Below, piece by piece: positions 17,734-26,313 of a DNA stretch of 30,724 bases. Source of the stretch: an uncultured archaeon (lineage in GTDB: Archaea > Asgardarchaeota > Thorarchaeia > Thorarchaeales > Thorarchaeaceae); the NCBI GenBank assembly GCA_964648855.1, contig CAZYLT010000024.1:1-30724 (forward strand). Reading direction: 5' to 3'. Each line of letters starts with the position of its first letter. Within the stretch, counting starts at the first letter, position 1. The notes below the pieces were generated by a model, which was given only the letters and a program-made list of their open reading frames with translations, ran no database searches and was not told the origin of the DNA. The position numbers were made by a program, and so were the translations under genes.

Positions 17734-19074
17734 ATGAACAATAATACTCGAGTCAAGATGCTTAACAATAACAATGTCCAGCAAGGCAAATACACTCTTT
17801 ATTGGATGCAAGCCTCACAACGAGCAGAAGAGAACCACGCCTTAGAATATGCGATTAAAAAAGCGAATGAACTTGATTTACCTGTATTGTGTGTGTTTTG
17901 TCTAACAAATGAATTTCCAGAGGCATCGGTTAGACATTATCAGTTCATGATTGATGGACTAAGTGAGGTTTCGAGGATCTTAGAAGATCGGAATGTAGGG
18001 TTTGCGGTGGTCCTCGGCAATCCTATTGACAGAATACCACAGGTTGCAGAGGTAGCTTCTCTGGTCGTGGTTGATCGGGATTACCTAAGACTTCAACGTC
18101 AATGGCGCACTCAAATAGCAAAGGTGGTTTCTTGCCCACTCATACAAGTTGAAACCAATGTTGTCGTTCCAATTGAGGAGGCATCGAATAAGGAGGAATA
18201 TGCTGCCTATACTATCAGACCAAAGATTCAGAAGATTCTGGACGAGTACTTGGTCGAAGTTGAAACTCATGCTCCTCAAAGGGCATTTCGCGACTCACTG
18301 ATTTCAGATATTGAGTGCTATTCTCCGAAAGATGCTCTCAATCAGAGTGAAGTTGACCAAGATGTTACGCCAGTTGATTGGATTCAGGGAGGAACTAGTA
18401 ATGCAAAGTCCCGACTCCATGACTTCATTGAGGAGAAACTGGATTACTTTGACACCAAGCGAAATGACCCCTCCGAAGACTTTCTCTCAAATATGAGTCC
18501 CTATCTACACTTTGGGCAAATCTCTCCAATATTCATTGCACTTCAAGTCATGGAAACAGACAGTCAAGGGGTTGAATCCTATCTGGAAGAATTGATTATC
18601 CGAAGAGAGCTAAGTATGAATTTTGTTTACTACAACGCGCATTATGACTCCTTGAACTGCCTGCCCGACTGGGCTCGTAGTACCCTCAAGAAACATGCTG
18701 ATGATGAGAGAGAGTATATCTATAGCCTTGAGGAATTTGATAACGCCGAAACACATGATACCTACTGGAACGCAGCTCAAAAACAGATGATACAACAAGG
18801 GAAGATGCATGGCTACATGCGCATGTACTGGGGCAAAAAGATCCTAGAGTGGACAGATAGCCCAGAGCAAGCACACGAAATCGTTCTTCATCTAAACAAC
18901 AAATACGAGCTGGATGGCCGTGATCCGAATGGCTATACCGGGGTGGCCTGGTGTTTTGGAAAGCATGATCGTGCTTGGAAGGAACGCCAGATTTTTGGCA
19001 AAGTGCGCTACATGAATGCCCGAGGTTTGGAGCGCAAATTCGACATAGAATCGTATGTAAAACAAGTCGGTTAG
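17734..19074 (+). CDS. phr: Class II CPD DNA photolyase
   Basis: YWM...QR...NHAL, EEYAA.TIRPKI, SPYLHFGQIS, EELI.RREL, HGYMRMYW.KKILEW and LN.KY.LDGRDPNGY.G..W motifs. Confidence 0.95.
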   Translation: MNNNTRVKMLNNNNVQQGKYTLYWMQASQRAEENHALEYAIKKANELDLPVLCVFCLTNEFPEASVRHYQFMIDGLSEVSRILEDRNVGFAVVLGNPIDRIPQVAEVASLVVVDRDYLRLQRQWRTQIAKVVSCPLIQVETNVVVPIEEASNKEEYAAYTIRPKIQKILDEYLVEVETHAPQRAFRDSLISDIECYSPKDALNQSEVDQDVTPVDWIQGGTSNAKSRLHDFIEEKLDYFDTKRNDPSEDFLSNMSPYLHFGQISPIFIALQVMETDSQGVESYLEELIIRRELSMNFVYYNAHYDSLNCLPDWARSTLKKHADDEREYIYSLEEFDNAETHDTYWNAAQKQMIQQGKMHGYMRMYWGKKILEWTDSPEQAHEIVLHLNNKYELDGRDPNGYTGVAWCFGKHDRAWKERQIFGKVRYMNARGLERKFDIESYVKQVG

Positions 19075-19131
19075 TCACAGAGTTTCTCTCATAGAGCAAA
19101 ATTTTGCGCACTAAACACACTCAGCACTCGT

Positions 19132-19758
19132 ATGCATACAATTTATGAGGAAAACAGGAGAATAGTATACATTCGGTGGGTGTCGTATTTGAGTAATCTT
19201 CCTGACCGGGATGAATACAGAGTAAAGGACTTGATGAATGATTTGAAGAAGATAAATCCAAGTCCAACCATTATGTATGACATTGGGAGCAACCTGATTT
19301 ATCATGAGGTTCGTGCCTGCGAGAATTCGATTGGCGAGGGTGAATGCATAACAGTTGAGATGAATGAGCTACTCCAGTTCATGCAGAATGATTATGAACG
19401 TGATCTCCTCGCTGGCCGCTTATGGAAATCAAGGGACACTCCGAGGGCAGCAATCAACAAATACATGCGCGATAAGCCTGACGAGCTCCTTTCCCACAAA
19501 TTGCGGGCACCGAGTACAAAGGTGAAGGCGATTCTTGAAGACGCGGCAAGAGAACGTAAGCGGGAAAAGGAGAAGCTCGCAACCTTTGAAAAGGCTGTCC
19601 GCAAAATGGCTGAGGAATCACCCGAGGACCCAGAATTATGGAATAGATTGCGCTTACTGCTGTGGTTGACAGGTAAGCATAATGAGGCAAGCGTAGCTTT
19701 CAGAACCGCAAGGAAGCTGGGTTGGAAACCAGAAACCAGTGATTTGGTCGGAATTTGA
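19132..19758 (+). CDS. Hypothetical protein with a C-terminal TPR-like repeat
   Basis: The C-terminus P.DPELW..L..LL...GK..EA..AF..A matches the TPR pattern. The true start may be TTG at 19189. Confidence 0.65.
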   Translation: MHTIYEENRRIVYIRWVSYLSNLPDRDEYRVKDLMNDLKKINPSPTIMYDIGSNLIYHEVRACENSIGEGECITVEMNELLQFMQNDYERDLLAGRLWKSRDTPRAAINKYMRDKPDELLSHKLRAPSTKVKAILEDAARERKREKEKLATFEKAVRKMAEESPEDPELWNRLRLLLWLTGKHNEASVAFRTARKLGWKPETSDLVGI

Positions 19759-19834
19759 GGCGTAAAATTGGGATAGGTGCACAACCTTTTCACGGGGCAA
19801 TAAGGATAACCCCTCTCGGTTTTTAAGTACGCTT

Positions 19835-20185
19835 TCAAAGGGCTTCTGTATCATGTAGAAATGCTTGGAACTCCAGTGTTCTCCCCTCTGGATCTTCAGC
19901 AAAGAACTGATAGATGCTGTATTTTTCGTTCTCAACAGGCTTGCCTATTGCAATATCAGCCAATTCACTATGGATTGCGTCCACTTTTTCTGTTGTTTCG
20001 AAAAAGAAAGTTAGCATGCCTTCTGTTTCCAATTCATTCGTTTGGCAAAATCCTACGAGGAAGTTATCCTTCCTAAAAATCGTGCAATCAGGCTGTTGCA
20101 GCCAGATTTCCATTCCTATCCGTTCAGTATAGAATTTCGTTAAGGTTTCTAGGTTCTTTGTCTTGAAGAAGACTATTCCTGGCAT
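19835..20185 (-). CDS. VOC/glyoxalase-like protein
   Basis: FY...IGM and Y.FFA.DPEGR.LEFQ motifs. ATG 20185 (MPGIVFF) is the preferred start. Confidence 0.85.
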   Translation of the reverse strand: MPGIVFFKTKNLETLTKFYTERIGMEIWLQQPDCTIFRKDNFLVGFCQTNELETEGMLTFFFETTEKVDAIHSELADIAIGKPVENEKYSIYQFFAEDPEGRTLEFQAFLHDTEAL

Positions 20186-20186
20186 C

Positions 20187-20354
20187 TTAATCACTGCTCT
20201 GGTTGCTCGGTGGAACAACTGCATAGGCATTTTCGATGAATTCCCATCCAGATGCATTCTGAATATTGGACACTACTGAACGGACTTTATCCCTTGTTTC
20301 AGTCATCCACTGAAATGAGTCTTTCATGGTCCAATGGAATCCAAGTTTCTTCAT
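20187..20354 (-). CDS. Small hypothetical protein (55 aa, MKKLGFHW...)
   Basis: The ATG-started ORF fills the gap between two co-oriented genes, with 7-nt and 1-nt spacers. No recognisable motif. Confidence 0.45.
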   Translation of the reverse strand: MKKLGFHWTMKDSFQWMTETRDKVRSVVSNIQNASGWEFIENAYAVVPPSNQSSD

Positions 20355-20361
20355 TTCACAA

Positions 20362-20961
20362 CTAACTCCTGACTGCAGGGCATCCATCACAACTATGTGT
20401 TTCTCGTAACGGACACTTCTCGCAATCAGCCCCGCACGGTGGAGAATCATAATTGTTTTGGGTGCTCTCATTCCGATTCCGTAGAAACACATTATTGACA
20501 TCAACAACTGTCACATCGAGTGCTCCAATGATTTCCGGGAATTCCTGAGGATACTGAAGCCACCATGATTTATTACTGGGTACAACTAAAACAGCATAGG
20601 AATTGTCCCCTGAAACCCCGGTCATCAAAGAACGAGGGCAATCTTGCATAGCCTTTGCGTGTTCTCTGGCATCATGTGCGGATGGCATCTTTGCCATAAG
20701 AATTCCGCACACCTCATTTTGCTCCGACTCGTTCATGGTTGATATCGTTTCGGCAAGGTGGGTCTTTAATTGCTTCCGTCCACTCCCTCTGAAACCCTCC
20801 AAATATTGCAAAGACGAATCTCGAAGTGCTAGTGGGTAATTGGTGTCTTCAGCCAATCTGAATTTGCTGAAAGCAGGTGCATTCTTGTCTATCAGGTACA
20901 TAGGCAACAACTTGATCAGAATAATACGACAGATAATGATGGACTTCCAATCGATAATCAC
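20362..20961 (-). CDS. Hypothetical protein with a C-terminal Cys cluster (DUF3795-like); N-terminus uncertain
   Basis: Ends in PCGADCEKCP......CDGCP. Confidence 0.55.
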   Translation of the reverse strand: MIIDWKSIIICRIILIKLLPMYLIDKNAPAFSKFRLAEDTNYPLALRDSSLQYLEGFRGSGRKQLKTHLAETISTMNESEQNEVCGILMAKMPSAHDAREHAKAMQDCPRSLMTGVSGDNSYAVLVVPSNKSWWLQYPQEFPEIIGALDVTVVDVNNVFLRNRNESTQNNYDSPPCGADCEKCPLRETHSCDGCPAVRS

Positions 20962-21240
20962 ATATCTACTCGTATCGGTTTGGTCATTGGCCTTCTCTTT
21001 CTACTTGTTTCACTGGCCAGTCGATCCTCTGAGAATCCGTCATCTGATAAGGATCAACTGTCGGGAATAATATACCGAGGTGCAGAGGTAATAGCGCATG
21101 ACGTCGTGTCAAAATCTGTTCCTGCGAATGTACGACGCACATCAACGCATGATGGCAGAAAGAACGAATCATGAACTTACAATCCAGTTCCTTTATGAGG
21201 AAATTATGCCTTACAAGATATATTCACTGAGTGTGATTTG

Positions 21241-23286
21241 ATGAAGTTTGATGTATCAAAAGCCATGAGAGTGAGGCTATCGGACAAGTTACCGCCGTAT
21301 CCGAAGTTTGGCTCCAAGTACAGAAGAGCTCCTAATCGAGGATACGACCTTGATTATGACGATACCATTACAGCAGTCAAGAATGCACTAAGGTATGTGC
21401 CTGAGAATCTCCACAGCGAGTTAGCGCCAGAATTCTTGGATGAACTTATGAACCGTGGCAGAATCTATGCATACCGTTACCGTCCTTCTGGCGAAATAAA
21501 AGCCAAGCGTATTGACGAATATGAAGGTATTTTGGAAGCCCGGGCTCTGCAACTTATGATTGATAATAACTTGGACTTTGATGTCGCCTTATACCCGTAC
21601 GAACTGGTAACCTATGGTGAAAGCGGCCAAGTCTGCCAGAATTGGCTCCAATATCGTCTGATCAAGAAATACCTCAAAGTCATGACTGAGGACCAGACGC
21701 TTGTTGTTAGCTCAGGGCATCCAGTTGGATTGTTTCCATCGCACAGAGACGCTCCCAGAGCAATAACAACGAATGGTCTAATGGTAGGAATGTTTGACAC
21801 TTCTGAAGAATTCCATAGAGCAACCGCCCTCGGCGTCGCCAATTACGGACACATGTCAGCAGCTCGCTGATATGCCGTAGAAATGACGGCGGGCGGATGG
21901 ATGTATATTGGTCCACAGGGGATTGTTCACGGTACTTACATCACACTCCTGAATGCCGGACGACTCTATCTCGACATTCCTGAAGACCAAAATCTCGCTG
22001 GCGTACTTTATGTGAGTTCGGGTCTGGGAGGAATGAGTGGCGCGCAGGCCAAGGCGGTGGAGATATCTGGCGGTATTGGTGTAATTGCAGAGGTAGACAA
22101 GAGTAGGATTGAAACACGGAGTGAACAGAATTGGCTGTCTCTTTGGTCAGATGATTTAGATCAAGTCTTTGAGTGGGTAGATGAACATAGAAAGTCAAAG
22201 AAAGCGGTCTCTATCGGCTATCATGGCAACATTGTAGATCTTTGGCAACACGTCGTTGATAATGACATCAAAGTTGAGCTTGCGTCTGACCAGACATCAT
22301 GTCATGCTGCGTATGAAGGCGGTTATACACCACACGGTGTTTCCTTTGAAGAGGGTCGCGAGATTCTCAAAAATAATAGAGAGAAGTTCAAGAGATTGGT
22401 CGACGAGTCTTTACGTAAGCAATTTGACCTGATAAGGACCATGACGGAACGAGGCACCCACTTCTGGGATTATGGCAATAGCTTCATGAAGGCCGTTTTC
22501 GATGCTGGCATCAAAGAGATAGCGAAAAATGAGCAGGATACAAAGGACGGATTCATCTTCCCATCGTATGTCGAGGATATCATGGGTCCCATTTGTTTTG
22601 ATTATGGATATGGTCCGTTCAGATGGGTCTGCCTGAGTGGAAAACATGATGATTTGCTCAAGACAGATAAGGCTGCCATGTCCTGTATTGACCCAGAACG
22701 ACGGGGTCAGGATCGTGACAATTATGTTTGGATCCGTGATGCAGACGAGAATGACCTAGTCGTAGGTTCTCAGGCTCGTATATTATATGCTGATGCAGAG
22801 GGTCGGGCAACCATTGCACTGAAGTTCAATGAACTGGTAAGAAAGGGCGACATTGGTCCCGTCATGCTTGGTAGAGACCACCATGACACAGGTGGAACAG
22901 ACTCTCCGTTTCGAGAAACCTCTAACATCTATGACGGAAGTAGAATAACCAGTGATATGGCTCATCAGTGCTGGGCAGGGAATGCTGCTCGAGGCATGAC
23001 TATGTGTGTGCTGTCTAATGGCGGGGGAGTTGGAGTAAGCAAGGCAATCAATGGAGGATTTGGCTTGGTTCTTGATGGATCTGAAAGAGTTGATCACATC
23101 ATTAAATCTGCCATTGACTGGGATGTCATGGGCGGCGTTGCAAGACGAGCTTGGGCGAGAAATCCCCATGCAATTGAAACATCTATTGATTGGAACAACG
23201 CTCTTGGCACAAAGGGTCAAATTACACTCCCCTTTATTCCAGAAGAAGGACTTGTGGAAAGACTGGTCCGAGATAAAATGGAATGA
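21241..23286 (+). CDS. hutU: Urocanate hydratase (long ~670-aa type), join(21241..21850,21881..23286), interrupted by a 30-nt BHB intron
   Basis: NNLD..VA..P.ELVTYG, SGHP.GLF, YIGPQGIVHGT, SGLGGMSGAQ, SDQTSCH, DYGN, GPFRWVC, GRDHHD and NGGGVG motifs. Both ORF halves share one frame. Removing 21851-21880 restores NYGQMTAG and gives 671 aa. Confidence 0.95.
21851..21880 (+). other. Putative bulge-helix-bulge (tRNA-endonuclease-type) intron in the hutU mRNA
   Basis: 4-bp central helix ACGG(21845-48)/CCGU(21875-78), 3-nt bulges ACA(21849-51) and AGA(21879-81), 9-bp inner stem 21852-60/21866-74, and outer pairs AUU/AAU. It contains the in-frame UGA. Confidence 0.85.
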
Positions 23287-23314
23287 GTATATTCACTTTG
23301 GAATCGTGCAACAG

Positions 23315-23959
23315 CTAGGAAACTCGTTTTGCTTCACGGTTACACTCTCTATGAGCTGCCCTCAGTGGCTCTGGGTAGAATCTCTTGGTCGCCTCCTTAG
23401 TCACTCTCACTGCAGTTTCAAGGCTGACCCTATGTCCTATTGAAACGAAAACCGGTTTCTTCTTGCCTTCTAGCCAAACTGCTTTTCCTATTACCTCTCC
23501 CTCATCTGTCACATCAGCTCTATCAGCGCATCGTTCCCGAATCTCTCCAAGCAATAGTGTCTTTGCCACTCCAATAGTCTGCAGATTCAGCCTAACTCCC
23601 AACCAAGAGGCGAGTCCACAACGTCGAGGGTGTAGAATTCCATTGGCATCCACAAGAACAGGAAGTCCAGGCTTGACTTTCTTGAGAAGATTCTCCAATA
23701 TTGGCCCCTCCCGGAGAAAGAAGAATCCTGGTACATAGGGGACTTCAGCTTTCCGAACCACAGTTTCATGCCAAAGTGTTGAATAATCTCCATAGTCCAC
23801 TGAAACTGCAGATGCCACCGCAACATCATTGACATAGGCGACATCTACTCCAATTGCAGTAGTTCCCGTTATGGGTGGAAAATCCTCTCTAATGATATCA
23901 TAAGCCAGGTTCTCTTGTTCTACCCTAGCCATCTCCATCATCTCTTCTGTTATCTCCAT
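23315..23959 (-). CDS. nfi: Endonuclease V (deoxyinosine 3' endonuclease)
   Basis: GVDVAY, PYVPG...LRE.P, LVDANGILHPRR.GLAS, IGVAK, PVFVS.GH and PEPLR.AH motifs. Confidence 0.93.
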   Translation of the reverse strand: MEITEEMMEMARVEQENLAYDIIREDFPPITGTTAIGVDVAYVNDVAVASAVSVDYGDYSTLWHETVVRKAEVPYVPGFFFLREGPILENLLKKVKPGLPVLVDANGILHPRRCGLASWLGVRLNLQTIGVAKTLLLGEIRERCADRADVTDEGEVIGKAVWLEGKKKPVFVSIGHRVSLETAVRVTKEATKRFYPEPLRAAHRECNREAKRVS

Positions 23960-24161
23960 GAGGGATTCCAACCTTGTATAAGGAAGCTGTTGGCGAAATG
24001 TGTATCGGTCTCAAGTCATCTGAAATCTGTTTGCCCGTGCTAACCTCCTGGAACTACATCATTCATTTGTCTTGCTTGAGAATATCTGAAGATATTTCAA
24101 TTGAAATGGGCTATCGTTATTAGTTGCATCAAATATCTGTTTGAAAAGGAAGGTGAACATC

Positions 24162-25052
24162 ATGCATCCCACTATGCGCGTAGGCGCGTGCTCTCTCTCG
24201 CCTGTGCCGGGCGATATTGAAGAAAACCTGAAATTCATAAAGAAATGGACAATAAAAGGGGCAGATGAAGAAGTCGATTTACTTCTATTTCCTGAACTTA
24301 GTCTTTCTGGGTATTGGCTTAATCACGAACTCTACGATAAGGCACAACCTCGAGATGGACCTGCGATAACGAATCTCGTTGAATTTCTTGCCAACAAGCA
24401 GCTAGACGTGGCAATTTCTGTCGGTCTTGCTGAGAAACATGGTGGTACTATTTACAACACACAAATCCTCCTAGATAAGGATGGAGAACGCTACTTCTAT
24501 AGAAAAACACATTGGCCGCCAGAGGAGTACAGTTACTGGGGAATGGGGAACAAATACCCCATACATAGATTCAAGGATTTTACCATTGCAACTACTATCT
24601 GTTACGATAATAACTTCCCTGAGATTCACAGAATCTATGGGCTTCAGGGGAGTGACTTGGTTCTAGCTCCTTATTTCTACGGAAAACAATTTTCTCCCGA
24701 TGATATGGATTCAATAACGGACTCAATTTTTGACTGGAAAAACCGTGAGAAAATGTATCTGAGAGCATCCGCAGCGGCAAACTATCACTGGATTGTAGCT
24801 TGTGTCGGCGCTGGTCCTGTGAGTGACAAATATGTACAAAACGGAAACGAAGGGGAGACATATTACGTTCCAGGTGTCATTCTCTTTGTTGATCCGGAGG
24901 GTAATGTGGTAAAAGAGTCATCTGATGAGGAGGTTGTAGTGCAGCTGCTATGGTATGATATTGATCTTGCTGAAAATATGCGGGTACGAAAGAGTGGTCA
25001 TAATTACTTCAAGAACCGTCGTCCTGATACTTACGGCAAGCTCGTTGAATAA
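24162..25052 (+). CDS. Carbon-nitrogen hydrolase (nitrilase superfamily)
   Basis: Catalytic triad FPEL / YRKTH / ICYD..FPE and a C-terminal RRP..Y. SD AGGTGA precedes ATG 24162. Confidence 0.92.
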   Translation: MHPTMRVGACSLSPVPGDIEENLKFIKKWTIKGADEEVDLLLFPELSLSGYWLNHELYDKAQPRDGPAITNLVEFLANKQLDVAISVGLAEKHGGTIYNTQILLDKDGERYFYRKTHWPPEEYSYWGMGNKYPIHRFKDFTIATTICYDNNFPEIHRIYGLQGSDLVLAPYFYGKQFSPDDMDSITDSIFDWKNREKMYLRASAAANYHWIVACVGAGPVSDKYVQNGNEGETYYVPGVILFVDPEGNVVKESSDEEVVVQLLWYDIDLAENMRVRKSGHNYFKNRRPDTYGKLVE

Positions 25053-25496
25053 TGATTATCCTGATATCTGTGTTCTAACAAGATTTGTATACTTCATTAT
25101 CTTCGAATCTCACTCCTGCCGTGGGTATCAATATGACCTCTTCTTCATTCACTTGTGTTTTTCTCCAATGAAGGACTCTCTATCTCAAATAACAGCTGTC
25201 TAAGCCAACTATGGATAATGGCATGCTCTTTAACCACTCTCTATGTGTCCATTTACACAATTCTCAGTCCAATGATTTCCCTCAAACTTCTCAGCTATAT
25301 GGCGTGCCATATGTAGGCTCACTCTTCCCATTCTGCGGCATGGCTGCAGCAGACTGATGTACTATAAACTAAGCTGGGGCGGCCATCGGAGTATGGAATT
25401 AGATATGTGACAAATTTGTTTTAAAATACGCAAAAACATTTAAATGTACATATATATAATACATTACCGTTATTCTTTGATGGGGCGTGTAACAAA

Positions 25497-26294
25497 ATGA
25501 ATAGAAAACTCAGATCAATTCTATCACTAGCTATCATCTTCTTTGGCATTCAAGTAACTTACATGCCATTAGTTATTGTGAATGAGCAACTCCGGCATCC
25601 TCCCATTGCTCCTGGCTCAGGCGATAGCGGCTGGTATGCTGGATCAATAGCAAATCAATACACCAGCTCTCAGGCAACTCACCTGCAGGTCAGCATTAGA
25701 ACCCCCACCTCGAATCCTAATAGCATTGACCAAATCTATGTTCTACTTTCGTGCTTTGATAATGCTAACAGCTATAATCAGGTTGGGTTCTCTAGCATGG
25801 GTGCTATTGACCAGCGTTGGGGAATGACAACTTCATACACTCATGATAATGACGGAAATCATGAAATCGATCGGGATGAATTCTATTATGACCCTCAAGA
25901 GGTTGTCTTAGCAACCGGCACTTGGTACACATTTACCATGTTTCTTAGTAATGGTTATCTAACCTATGAAATGTGGGTTAATGGATGGAAAGACTTCTCA
26001 AAAACCGTCTATACTGGAGGAGATTACTTTAGATTGGAACCCGTAAGCGATATATGGGATTTCTCAATCGTTGGGTTTACTCTATATGAGGAGGTATACA
26101 AAACAGAACATGGATGTCCTGATTTCGATTTCAAGTTCCAATACACATATGCGGATGGGATTGAATTTGATAACTGGGATGAATGGTATGCCGGTTCCCC
26201 GCCTGGTGTTGATGTAACTATCAGCTGCCTAAACCACTATGTTTTCATCGACAATCCTGTACTAGGCGGGGGAGGCGGCGATTTGCCTTTTTAG
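25497..26294 (+). CDS. Exported beta-rich hypothetical protein
   Basis: N-terminal basic-plus-hydrophobic signal and an aromatic/Asp-rich mature part. An AT-rich TATA-like stretch lies upstream (25438-25460). Confidence 0.7.
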   Translation: MNRKLRSILSLAIIFFGIQVTYMPLVIVNEQLRHPPIAPGSGDSGWYAGSIANQYTSSQATHLQVSIRTPTSNPNSIDQIYVLLSCFDNANSYNQVGFSSMGAIDQRWGMTTSYTHDNDGNHEIDRDEFYYDPQEVVLATGTWYTFTMFLSNGYLTYEMWVNGWKDFSKTVYTGGDYFRLEPVSDIWDFSIVGFTLYEEVYKTEHGCPDFDFKFQYTYADGIEFDNWDEWYAGSPPGVDVTISCLNHYVFIDNPVLGGGGGDLPF

Positions 26295-26313
26295 TATCCA
26301 GAGAACGCGGCAT

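Noticed and set aside
20980-21174. Short ORFs on both strands upstream of hutU
   Set aside because: No recognisable motifs or start signals. They may be decayed sequence but cannot be supported.
21868-21870. hutU TGA as a selenocysteine or readthrough codon
   Set aside because: Readthrough would leave a 10-aa insertion in the conserved YGQMTAG motif, and the TGA does not align to a conserved Cys. Precise BHB excision explains the sequence fully.
21238-23286. hutU as a pseudogene or a naturally split two-subunit gene
   Set aside because: There are no other lesions, no clear SD before ATG 21883, and the split would lose the conserved Gln. Exact BHB geometry arising by chance is unlikely.
25297-25312. 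Near-palindrome ATATGGC-GT-GCCATAT
   Set aside because: Isolated, with no second copy or clear promoter context. It could be chance.
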